DNA of 64,000 bases from an uncultured Ectothiorhodospiraceae bacterium. GTDB lineage: Bacteria; Pseudomonadota; Gammaproteobacteria; SZUA-152. Position numbers and translations under genes: made by a program. The stretch covers positions 2,091 through 66,090 of the forward strand of contig CAYNYJ010000003.1 in assembly GCA_964401355.1 (NCBI GenBank), in the 5' to 3' direction. This document shows, one piece after another, positions 49,201 through 58,346 of the stretch (position 1 is the first letter of the stretch; each line of letters begins with the position of its first letter). The notes below the pieces were generated by a model that was given only the letters and a program-made list of their open reading frames with translations, did not search any database and was not told the DNA's origin.

Positions 49201-50355
49201 TCATCCTGTTGAGTGGAAGTAACCATTGATTGCCAAATCCTTCAAAGGCATCGCTTTTACTTGTTCGGACAGGGAAAATGACTTATCCCCCGGATATACA
49301 ATAACAACTTCTTCCAGATCTAAATCAGACAACGCCGAGCGAATGGAAGGTGTTATCCGGGGAGCATCTGTGCGCTTACATTCAATGCCCACCATGCGGC
49401 CATCTTTACGCAGCAGTAGATCAATCTCAGCCCCCTGATGCGTGGCCCAGAACCAGGCGTCATCAGGCTGCGCCGCAGACAAAACTTCTTCAAGCGCATA
49501 GCCTTCCCAGGATGCGCCAATCTTAGGATGGGTCAACAAATCACGTTGGCTGGTGATACCCAATAATTGATGCAACAAGCCTGAATCGTGAATGTAGATT
49601 TTGGGTGATTTAACCTGTCGTTTACGAATATTGGCATGCCAGGGTTGAAGCTGCCGCACCATAAAAGCATCACTCAACAAATCCAGATAACGACGAGTTG
49701 TGGATTCACTCACACCCATCGCCCGTGCAAACTCAGCGGCATTCCAGATTTGACCATGATAATGCGCCAACATGCTCCAAAATCGCCATAGGGCAGTCGC
49801 CGCAGTGCGTACACCCCACTGAGGAAAATCCCGTTCCAACAGGGTTTGAATAAACTCTTTACGCCAGGCCAGGCTATCCGCCTCATTCGTGGCGAGATAA
49901 GACAACGGAAACCCACCGCGCAACCAATGCTGCTCTTGCTGACTCTCCCCCAACTCCTGCAAACTAAAACCCCGTAAATACAACATTTCCATGCGCCCGG
50001 CCAGAGATTCAAATGACTGCTTCAATAAACCCCCTGAAGCACTCCCCAATATCAGAAACTGCCCGGCAAAGGATCGACGATCCACCAATACCCGCAACAC
50101 CGGAAACAGCTCCGGTCGGCGCTGAATCTCGTCAATCACAATCAAACCCTGTAATGATTCCAGAGCGGTCATGGGCTCATCCAGCCGAACAAGGCTAACT
50201 GGGTCTTCAAGATCAAAATAATTGACAGAATCTTCCGGCACAAAATCTCGCGCCAGCGTGGTTTTGCCGCATTGGCGCGGCCCCACCAGGGTAATGATCC
50301 GGCTGCGTTGCAATGCAGCTTGAATCCGCTTGTGCCAGTGAGTGCGCTTGATCAT
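49201..50355 (-). CDS. AAA+ ATPase (AAA_14) with C-terminal DUF4143 nuclease-like domain
   Basis: VGPRQCGKTT, IDEIQ, ILGS, ESLAGR, WLRGGFP, KSPKIYIHDSGL and C-terminal EIDLLL...GIECK (PD-(D/E)xK-like). Confidence 0.9.
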   Translation of the reverse strand: MIKRTHWHKRIQAALQRSRIITLVGPRQCGKTTLARDFVPEDSVNYFDLEDPVSLVRLDEPMTALESLQGLIVIDEIQRRPELFPVLRVLVDRRSFAGQFLILGSASGGLLKQSFESLAGRMEMLYLRGFSLQELGESQQEQHWLRGGFPLSYLATNEADSLAWRKEFIQTLLERDFPQWGVRTAATALWRFWSMLAHYHGQIWNAAEFARAMGVSESTTRRYLDLLSDAFMVRQLQPWHANIRKRQVKSPKIYIHDSGLLHQLLGITSQRDLLTHPKIGASWEGYALEEVLSAAQPDDAWFWATHQGAEIDLLLRKDGRMVGIECKRTDAPRITPSIRSALSDLDLEEVVIVYPGDKSFSLSEQVKAMPLKDLAINGYFHSTG

Positions 50356-50394
50356 GCGATGACTTTACCATGATAATCCGTCACCATGCTTATG

Positions 50395-50645
50395 TTATTT
50401 CATGGCAAAAACGGCTTGAATGTTGAACGGAATCATAACCAACACTGGCGCATGGATATTTGTGATTTTCTCATAAAAACGCTTCTCTGAGCTGCGGATA
50501 TCCTGAATGCGCCGCAGCCGTTCACCAAAATAGCGGAACAGTACACCTGGGGCTTTCAGGTGTTTGTCATCCAAACGAACCTCAAGGCGGGTTTGGCCGT
50601 CTTTAGTTTGGTGAATGAGGGATTGGGGGGTGGTGGGTTGGGCAT
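50395..50645 (-). pseudogene. Second, internally deleted and frameshifted rhuM-family remnant
   Basis: ATG at 50645. After a one-base shift in a C-run it reads QSLIHQTKDGQTRLEVRLDD...YFGERLRRIQDIRSSEKRFYEKITNIHA, matching the RhuM N-terminus fused to the IRxSExRFYxKITDI motif. Confidence 0.8.
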
Positions 50646-50649
50646 AGGA

Positions 50650-51489
50650 TTAAAAACCGTCTATTTCTTCCGCTTTTAAGTTATCCAGTGCTTCAAACTG
50701 ATAACTACCATCAGTATTGACTGTAAGACTATGGTGGACTTTTGCGGATGAATATTGTCCCGATTTATTGTTATGCTTCCACCAGATAACTTTTTCAATT
50801 GCCATGCTGCCTTCAGGTCGTGCGGATGAAGAATCACCCTCAAATAATTTTGGTAAGACTTGTTTAATTTTATCAGCATCCTCATCACTAAAATCTGTCC
50901 GCTCTGCTAGCTGTGGTGACATTGCTCCATAAGTCACATAAATAGCTTTATCAACGCGGTGTTTCATGCCCATGGTATCTGAACTTTTCTTGGTGCCATC
51001 ACCTTCGCCGCTGACACTTTTAGTAATTTGTGTGCTCGTTATGTTGACTGGCTCTACGCTAAAAGCAGATTGAATTGAAACTGGGCCACGAATAGGAATA
51101 GACACACCATCTTTATTTTCACTTTTAAAGGCAAATAATTGACCAAAAGTACGAACATCCATCCATTTTTTGTTAGCAAGACGCGCCGTTTCATCTGGAG
51201 AGGTTTTCTTAACATTGAAAGCGTCTTTACCTAAACCATGCTCATCCGATTCAGCACGAACTTTAAGGCTTGGCATACCATCCGTTTTCTTTTCATCTGT
51301 CTGCACAAATATTGTTTCGCCAGACTCTTGTAGCCGATCACGGATTTTTCGTTTAAGGCAAACATCCGTTACTTCGCCAAAACCATCATAATCAGTACGA
51401 GGTCGGTTTCCATTGAGCGGATCACCATTAGGGTTGGCATTTTTTACACTAAAGATTAGTGCAAAATCAATTTTATTTGTTAATGACAT
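50650..51489 (-). CDS. cas7: Type I-C Cas7 (Csd2)
   Basis: NANPNGDPLNGNRPR, TDVCLKRKIR, DVRTFGQLF, IRGPVSIQ, ITSTQITKS, DTMGMKH, SARPEG. Confidence 0.97.
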   Translation of the reverse strand: MSLTNKIDFALIFSVKNANPNGDPLNGNRPRTDYDGFGEVTDVCLKRKIRDRLQESGETIFVQTDEKKTDGMPSLKVRAESDEHGLGKDAFNVKKTSPDETARLANKKWMDVRTFGQLFAFKSENKDGVSIPIRGPVSIQSAFSVEPVNITSTQITKSVSGEGDGTKKSSDTMGMKHRVDKAIYVTYGAMSPQLAERTDFSDEDADKIKQVLPKLFEGDSSSARPEGSMAIEKVIWWKHNNKSGQYSSAKVHHSLTVNTDGSYQFEALDNLKAEEIDGF

Positions 51490-53531
51490 TAGCTGTCTCC
51501 TTTTAAGGTTTTAGAATCGTTATCATCTGTGCTGTGTTCTTTAAGTATCCACTGTCCATTTTTTAGTTTGTGCTCTCTTAACCATTTTCGTTGGCAATGG
51601 AAACCTAATAGATATTCTCCCTTAAGTTTGGTTGACGAATTAAACTCATCCACCTCAAAAGCATCGGAAATATCATCAAGCAATCGTTTGTAACCTTCTT
51701 CAAGAGGTGCGATTTTACTTCTCAATCTTTGCTGATAAGGAACGATTCCTTTTACAATTACTAACCAGGTGGCTGCGGGGTAATCGACAAATCTTTGCAT
51801 CAAACGACTGGCATTCGTTGACCTAGGTTTTTCATCAGCAACTATCATTGCCATTTCTTCAATTTTTTCTGCAACAGCTAATAAACGACCATAAAGATAG
51901 TCTCGGTTTTTTCTGTCTACTTCTAATGTCATGATGTAATTTCTCCTTTCATTTTCAATTGGTTTTCTTCGGTCATAGCCCTTGAAAAGAGCGCATGCAA
52001 TACAGAGATGTTTTTCCCATAACCATTGCTCATCGTTTTTATAGGCATTACGATTCGTCGCTCTTTGTACAGCTTTCAAAACTAAATCAATGGGAAATGG
52101 GCGCACTTCAACAATGCAAGGCAATATACGTTCTATAGTGTTTTTCTTTAGTGAGTCGTTGACGTTTGTGCCATATACAGCTTCCCAAATTGAACGTGGT
52201 GATGGTGCGCTGATTGGCCATACCGTTTTTTTAGCAGGCTTTGATTTTCCAACATCCACTTCAATTGAATGTCGTTGGTACCATGCAAAATCATTATGCC
52301 ATTGTGAAATACGTTCAATATATTCTTTCGGGAAAAGTTCCTGATGGTAAGTCACTGCCATACGTCCGGGTGTTGCTGAGTCCAGCCCCATAATTACAAT
52401 ATTATCTGTCTCCTTTAATTTAGCCTGATAACCCGCCATATATTTACCTAACGCTTTAGCAAATGACTGACCAAGGTCAATTGTGTGATCAATCTGGTTT
52501 TTCGCTTCAGGTAATGGGGTGGATATTTCCTGAATTTCATCATCAAGATGATCCCAGATATCTTCCATAGGTTGAGGTATTTCTCTTCCTGATACTGCCC
52601 AGGCCACCACTGCTTGATCGCCATTGCGAAAACCTTGCCGTGAAATCAACCACCGTAGCGCATTGTGCGCTTTTTGGGTTACGTCAAAAGAAATCCCAAC
52701 TGACTGTGCGCCTTGTTTTCCCATGCTGTTTTTGGAATCCGTAAACCGGCCTCTAAATGTATAACCAGACATATCATTTGATGACACAAGTTTGGCTTTA
52801 TCTCCAGTATGACGAAGCTTAGCTGGGTGGTTAACGGCCAATGGCGTTTCTTTGCCTGTTATATAGCAAAGCCCCGTTTGATCACTATTAGCTAATTCAT
52901 AATCTACCCATGCTTTTTGTAAATCAGGATCTTTCCATGTATCGCTAACCGGATCTCCTTGTCTCTCTTCGACGCTCCAGCAAACCAACGCATTTCCCTG
53001 GTCGAGCATTCCCTTTTCTTTCGGCAAAACCTTGAATATCTTGGGGGCATCACTCTCGCTGTCTTTTGGCCACGATAGCAATAAGTTACCCTGCTCATCG
53101 ACAAATAGGATTTTATGTTCAACCAAATCCTGAACCACCGCGCCTTTCTCAACATATTTCTTGACTGCTTGCGCTTTAGGGTGGGTATGGGCTGAGCTAC
53201 ACCATCCATCAAGTTGTTTGAGAAAACCGTCAAAATACCCTGGTTTTTTGCCACCATATTTCGGATAATCCTTGGCGACATATTGGATTTTATCTGCCAA
53301 TGGGTGTGGTGCTTCACCGCTACTCCTGCCCGCTGACTTTTCTGTTGCAGGCAAGACTATCTGTGTTTTTTCCAGCACTTCTGCTCGCTTAAAATTTCCA
53401 TCGCTATCAATAGTGATTTTTATATGTGCATTTTGCAGGGTATGACTAATTGGCATGGGTTTCTCTGACTCAGACAGATCAAGTCGCATACCAGATTCAT
53501 AGGTTTCATATAGTTTGGCCATCCAACTCAT
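51489..53531 (-). CDS. cas8c: Type I-C Cas8c (Csd1)
   Basis: MSWMAKLYETY, HPLADKIQY, CYITG, KLVSSND, SQKAHNALRWLI-like motif, LDSATPGRMA, DYLYGRLLAVAE, YLLGFHCQR. Confidence 0.95.
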   Translation of the reverse strand: MSWMAKLYETYESGMRLDLSESEKPMPISHTLQNAHIKITIDSDGNFKRAEVLEKTQIVLPATEKSAGRSSGEAPHPLADKIQYVAKDYPKYGGKKPGYFDGFLKQLDGWCSSAHTHPKAQAVKKYVEKGAVVQDLVEHKILFVDEQGNLLLSWPKDSESDAPKIFKVLPKEKGMLDQGNALVCWSVEERQGDPVSDTWKDPDLQKAWVDYELANSDQTGLCYITGKETPLAVNHPAKLRHTGDKAKLVSSNDMSGYTFRGRFTDSKNSMGKQGAQSVGISFDVTQKAHNALRWLISRQGFRNGDQAVVAWAVSGREIPQPMEDIWDHLDDEIQEISTPLPEAKNQIDHTIDLGQSFAKALGKYMAGYQAKLKETDNIVIMGLDSATPGRMAVTYHQELFPKEYIERISQWHNDFAWYQRHSIEVDVGKSKPAKKTVWPISAPSPRSIWEAVYGTNVNDSLKKNTIERILPCIVEVRPFPIDLVLKAVQRATNRNAYKNDEQWLWEKHLCIACALFKGYDRRKPIENERRNYIMTLEVDRKNRDYLYGRLLAVAEKIEEMAMIVADEKPRSTNASRLMQRFVDYPAATWLVIVKGIVPYQQRLRSKIAPLEEGYKRLLDDISDAFEVDEFNSSTKLKGEYLLGFHCQRKWLREHKLKNGQWILKEHSTDDNDSKTLKGDS

Positions 53532-54262
53532 AAGGCTGCCTCCTCAGTTTCCACTGAAAGCAGGTTGTTACCTTCTTCAAACTGCTTGGCTAGCATGGGG
53601 CGGATAAAACGGCTCACGGTACATGCTTCTGGCCGGGGGAATTCCAGAATACCTTTTTTCATGACGGCATTCCAAAATCGGCTGTGTAATTTGTCCTTGC
53701 CTGTTTCATCCGGGTAATCAAAGCCATGGAACATCAGGCCAAAATCCAGTTCATCAATATCATCGTAAGCACCTTTCCCTTCACCAAATTCACAAGGTTC
53801 AACATAAGCCTGACAATCCCGCGTACCGAGAAATATATCTTGTCTTCCGCCTTTTTCTATTGAGCGTTTTGCTATGGCAAAATGTTTGCCATCAATGCGA
53901 TCTTTGGCTAGTTCAGGCCGGTGCTCATTCCATTCAAAATGCGCCTCTACCTGATATTCCACATCATGCAGGAATGTATAAATTGCAAGGCTATTGCCAC
54001 CACTCCAAACCAGTGGTTTTGTGCCTTTAGTTTGTGTGCGCAGTGATTTCATTACTCTGACTTTATCGACATGCCAGATAAACGTGGGTTTCCAGTAAAT
54101 GGACTTCAATACGCCTTTTATGGCTTCATAAGTAGGCAAGTGATAAGTACTTTTCTCGCCACCAATCTTGGTTACGGGGTCAGTAAACAGGGCATAACGG
54201 GCATACACTTTAAAACTGACACTGTTTTTTGGTGTTTTATGCATTCGAGTTCCTCCTAACAA
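53528..54262 (-). CDS. cas5: Type I-C Cas5 (Cas5d, pre-crRNA processing)
   Basis: YALFTDP...GEKSTYHLPTYEAIKG, IYWKPT, LHDVEY, FLGTRDC, LMFHGFDYP. Confidence 0.96.
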   Translation of the reverse strand: MLGGTRMHKTPKNSVSFKVYARYALFTDPVTKIGGEKSTYHLPTYEAIKGVLKSIYWKPTFIWHVDKVRVMKSLRTQTKGTKPLVWSGGNSLAIYTFLHDVEYQVEAHFEWNEHRPELAKDRIDGKHFAIAKRSIEKGGRQDIFLGTRDCQAYVEPCEFGEGKGAYDDIDELDFGLMFHGFDYPDETGKDKLHSRFWNAVMKKGILEFPRPEACTVSRFIRPMLAKQFEEGNNLLSVETEEAAL

Positions 54263-56682
54263 TGATTGAAATCCATTGAGCTACACCGCTTATCCGACAA
54301 GCCAAACTCATCGCTATAATATTGTTTGTCCAGCCAATAAATACCTTCACCGGGCTGTATTTCATAAACGGCTTTTTCTTTTTGCAGCCGTTTCCATACA
54401 TTGGGAAATACATTAACACTGAATCTTTGTGCTTGCTTGAGTAGCTGTCTATATGTTTTCACATCAAATTCTTTTGCAACACGACCTAGCTCAGCTATCA
54501 GGTGTTTAGCCTCGTCATTATAAGGAACTATCACTGCCTGAGTGGGTGAGTCGATAGCTTTAAAGGCTTTTCCAGCAGCCATGAAGGACTGTTGCAGTAA
54601 TCCTGATTTTTCACTGCGACCTATATTTTTTGTATTATTGCTTAATAGGTTTAATAAATTATCATTCCTTCCGATTTGCCTAGCAGTGACAGGGTAAGCC
54701 ATTTCATCAGCACGGTCATAAAAATAATAATTAAAGTATTGCTTTATGGCATTTGGTGCTAATAAATCATCAAATTTCTCATCGAAAATACGCTGAGCCT
54801 TATCTATACCAATCTTTATATCTTTTAATAGATCAATTTTTTCTTCGCAAGGATTGATAACATGAACGGTTGCCATTTCTTGAAGTCCATTACGGTTGCA
54901 GCGTCCTGCTGCCTGAGCAATAGAATCTAACCCCGCAAGAAAACGTATAACAGAAGCGAAATCTACATCGACACCCGCCTCAATAAGTTGGGTGCTGACA
55001 CATAGCACGGGTAGGCTTTGTTCTAATCGCTGACGAATTTTTTTAAATATCGCTTTGCGATGTGCCGGGCAAAGGTTAGTGCTTAATTGAAAGATTGATT
55101 CATTGTCTACTTTAGGACTTAAAGCCTGATAAAGTTGTTGCGCCCATGACTTTGTATTGACAATAATAAGGCAGCTACCTAGTTTTTCAAATTCACTGAA
55201 AGCCAGTTCCGAAATTTGTTCTGCCGTCCACCCTTCTGGTTTTAGGTTAGGTACAACTTTTGCGCGCTGTAAATCTTCGAATAGTTTTGTCACATTACCC
55301 GCCAGTTCATTTTCTTTAGGTATTGTTAACTGTCCTTTCTCTGGTGTTTTAAGATTATCAAGCAAAGGCTGTGTAGCCGTGCAAAGCACAGCGGTTGTAT
55401 TGCAGTAGTTGGTGAGAAAATTAAGTGCATTGCAAAATAGGTGCGTGCAGTTAATGGGCAGGGTCTGGATTTCATCAAATATCAGCACGCTATTGGCCAG
55501 TTGGTGCATTTTCCTTGCGCCTCTTGTCCCTCCTGAAAATAGCACTTCGAGAAATTGCACCATGGTGGTCATTACAATCGGCGCATCCCAGTTCTCTGAA
55601 ACGATTTTGCTATGCCATGTTTGTGTCTCAGGCTCTAAATTGGAATGTTGTTCCAGCACCCACGGGCATTCATCTTTTGAACACTCAATGAGTTCGCGTA
55701 TCGCTTGTGCATTTTGTTCAATAATGGACGTGAAAGGAATAATGTAGATAATACGGTCTGATTTATGCTCTTCTGCATGATGAAGGGCGTAACGCAAACT
55801 TGCATAAGTTTTGCCTCCACCCGTTGGTACAGTAAGGCTGTAAATACCTTGTTTGCCTTTTGCGCGTTGTTTGCAGTTGTCTGAAATATTTCGTCGCAAC
55901 TTATCTATGGGCTTTTCGCCACTGAATTCTTTAATAGCGGATTCAAGACGGTTGACTGGAATTGACCAATTTACAGGAGAGTTGTTTCTGTGCTGTGTAT
56001 TTTCAGGACATTCAAAATCAGCACTGTTAATTCGATCTGCATCAACCAGGCAACTGAATAACATACGCGTCCAGAAACCTAAATTAAACGATTGGATAGT
56101 TACTGGAAGTTTCTCATTTTCAATTTTAATGATTTTCTTTAGTTGAGTTAATATATTTTTCAACAACTCTTTATCTGCCAAATCACTTATCTTTTCCAGA
56201 TAGTGTTGTGGTGCATTTTTCAGGCATTCATTTTTATGTGTTTTATCGTCTGGTTTGTTCATTCTGTCTGAAAAGCCATTATCACCATCTGGTTTAAGGC
56301 AATCAATTAGGCCGCTGTGATGAGACGCAACACATAAGGCGAGTATCTGACCAACAAGTTGACCTTGTGCGCCCCACTTTCCATAACTTTGCCACACCCA
56401 TTGAGCACCAGCACTGGAATGATCTATTTTTCCTTTTAGACTTTTAAAGTCCACATACTCATCTTCATCAGGATTGATCTTTCCAGTCGCAGATCCAATA
56501 TAGTCCTGAAAGACTTGGCTATATTTACCTAAGTCATGCAGTAAGCCGAGTAGTTGTCCAGCACCAGAAACCTCCAGCTTGGCTGCTAAACGTCCAGCTA
56601 TTTCACCTACTTCATCAAGGTGGGTTCCCAACGTCTGGTCTTTTGCATCTTTTTTTCTATGATGCGCTATGAACTTTTTCAT
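54256..56682 (-). CDS. cas3: Cas3 HD nuclease-helicase
   Basis: HD domain (HLDEV, LLHDLGK, SHHSGL, LVDADR), TVPTGGGKT, DEIQ, STQLIEAGVDVD, QAAGRCNR. Confidence 0.97.
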   Translation of the reverse strand: MKKFIAHHRKKDAKDQTLGTHLDEVGEIAGRLAAKLEVSGAGQLLGLLHDLGKYSQVFQDYIGSATGKINPDEDEYVDFKSLKGKIDHSSAGAQWVWQSYGKWGAQGQLVGQILALCVASHHSGLIDCLKPDGDNGFSDRMNKPDDKTHKNECLKNAPQHYLEKISDLADKELLKNILTQLKKIIKIENEKLPVTIQSFNLGFWTRMLFSCLVDADRINSADFECPENTQHRNNSPVNWSIPVNRLESAIKEFSGEKPIDKLRRNISDNCKQRAKGKQGIYSLTVPTGGGKTYASLRYALHHAEEHKSDRIIYIIPFTSIIEQNAQAIRELIECSKDECPWVLEQHSNLEPETQTWHSKIVSENWDAPIVMTTMVQFLEVLFSGGTRGARKMHQLANSVLIFDEIQTLPINCTHLFCNALNFLTNYCNTTAVLCTATQPLLDNLKTPEKGQLTIPKENELAGNVTKLFEDLQRAKVVPNLKPEGWTAEQISELAFSEFEKLGSCLIIVNTKSWAQQLYQALSPKVDNESIFQLSTNLCPAHRKAIFKKIRQRLEQSLPVLCVSTQLIEAGVDVDFASVIRFLAGLDSIAQAAGRCNRNGLQEMATVHVINPCEEKIDLLKDIKIGIDKAQRIFDEKFDDLLAPNAIKQYFNYYFYDRADEMAYPVTARQIGRNDNLLNLLSNNTKNIGRSEKSGLLQQSFMAAGKAFKAIDSPTQAVIVPYNDEAKHLIAELGRVAKEFDVKTYRQLLKQAQRFSVNVFPNVWKRLQKEKAVYEIQPGEGIYWLDKQYYSDEFGLSDKRCSSMDFNHC

Positions 56683-56770
56683 TATGTGTATCCGTGTGTT
56701 TATTCACTGTATTGGTATTCTTCATATGCTGGTATTCCAACGCCCGAACTCATCACTATTGCCCCAATTT

Positions 56771-57328
56771 TCATTTCAACAACCGATTGACGGCATCCAC
56801 ATCAAACGCCTCCGCATCGAAATCATCGCCCATCCATTCAACGATCTCTTCGTGCTCTTCATTTTTGAGGTCATAAAATGCTTCGAGCATATTGGCGTAA
56901 CCGGGCGGGCCACCGCAATCTTCGGGCGGACAGGCGCGTTGGCCGTCGAGGCAGACGGGATAATGGGCGCCCGGTTCGGCGGGCAGTATCTTTTCAATTT
57001 CGAGATCGTGTTCCCAGCTATCGCCAAAATCGTAATCGTAGATGAAGCTGCTGCCTGTATTGGCGATTTTGTCGAGACGTACGTTATGTTCGTTTTTTAC
57101 GTCGCCGGGGAAGTCGGGATCGGGTTCACCGTAGTGATCACGGCCAACGCGAAAGCCGTGCAGGTGGGCATTATCCCAGCCCATCACATCCTGCAGGATG
57201 CTGTGCAGTTCTCCCAGTTTGGTATCTGCCCTTACCAGGAAGTGCCTACAGACGAGCGGCTCTATGTAACGCAGGGTGATCTTGATTTGATAGATGCTGT
57301 TGCTGTGACCGGCTGTTTTTTTGCTCAT
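56771..57328 (-). CDS. Plasmid pRiA4b ORF-3 family protein
   Basis: YQIKITL, LHSILQDVMGWDNAHLHGF, YDYDFGDSWEH, CLDGQRACPPEDCGG. Confidence 0.88.
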   Translation of the reverse strand: MSKKTAGHSNSIYQIKITLRYIEPLVCRHFLVRADTKLGELHSILQDVMGWDNAHLHGFRVGRDHYGEPDPDFPGDVKNEHNVRLDKIANTGSSFIYDYDFGDSWEHDLEIEKILPAEPGAHYPVCLDGQRACPPEDCGGPPGYANMLEAFYDLKNEEHEEIVEWMGDDFDAEAFDVDAVNRLLK

Positions 57329-57419
57329 GGTTGTTATGCCTCATTATTCATACTGCCATTAAACTACTCGTCATTATTGTTGCATAGTCACTATCTCGCA
57401 GGATGAGACGGTACAAACT

Positions 57420-57699
57420 TATTTTTCGAATATTTGGCCGCTTCGTGCAATACATCCCGTATCCCTTCAACCGCGGTTCTTCTGTGGATTATTTGATATT
57501 CTCCGCACAATACACATGCATACAGGCTGATTTTGAAAAATTTTTTGCTTCCTGCCCATCTTGCTATCAATGCAGCCTGTCTATTATTTCCCCAAACAAC
57601 AAGTTATGGGGACACAACATCTATCTATCATTCTTTTCCAGCTTTGTTTACGATTTTTTAGTTTTGATACCCAAGCAATTAAGTATTGTGTCCCCAAAA
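57420..57699 (-). pseudogene. Possible decayed REP-associated tyrosine transposase (RAYT-like) remnant with inverted repeat
   Basis: Minus-strand frame contains WGNNRQ...KISLYACVL, resembling RAYT RGNNRQ...IYAYCLM. An 11-bp inverted repeat TGGGGACACAA (57607) / TTGTGTCCCCA (57686) lies alongside. Confidence 0.3.
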
Positions 57700-57821
57700 T
57701 TCTCTGGGTAGAGCCAGCCACTGTGCAAGCCTTGGCATAATTTTTTCAGAACAAGGCTCAGAATGACTCGTAGGCTCTCATAAAATCGACCACATTTACT
57801 GCCCATTCTATACCCACCATA

Positions 57822-58150
57822 TTCAGGAGAAACATCATGAACACCAAAACCACCGCCAAAATCCAGGACGATATCCGTCAACACGTGCTCGGAAGTAGCC
57901 TAGGCTAGTAACGCCGGAGATAATTGCGGGGTCGAAGCCAGTTGCTGCGGGGTGTCGGACGACACCGCCATCAACACCCTGATTTCCACTCGCATGGGCT
58001 ATTCGCAAGATGATCTCGACGCCGTACCCGAGGGTGCCGACCATGATCAGCAAGGCCCGCACCAACGCCGACAACAGCGTTGACGCGATCATTTCCAACT
58101 GCGGGATCAATCTCTCGCCCAACGCTACCATCGAGGCCATCAAACTTGGA
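57822..58150 (+). pseudogene. Eroded second copy of arsM
   Basis: Same RBS and start (TTCAGGAGAAAC-ATG AAC ACC AAA ACC) and long near-identical blocks versus 42553-43380. Carries three large internal deletions, frameshifts and stops. Confidence 0.92.
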
Positions 58151-58177
58151 GGGATTACTGCGCCAGCGACTGCTGCT

Positions 58178-58346
58178 ATTAATCCGGCCGCATTATAGAC
58201 TGGATTAATAATGCGGTGCAGGGACGCACCGCCGTTGGCGATAGCCAACGCGAGCCTGCAAAACACAAGCAAATTCGCATATTTGCGCCGTGTTTTGCAG
58301 GCGACTCAGAATGGATCAGAATGATCTATTTTGAAGCCGGGTTAAT
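58178..58346. mobile_element. MITE-like structured repeat, family A, copy 2 (169 bp)
   Basis: Aligns end to end with 798-980 apart from a short indel. TIR ATTAATCCGGC versus ATTAACCCGGC (10/11). Confidence 0.75.
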
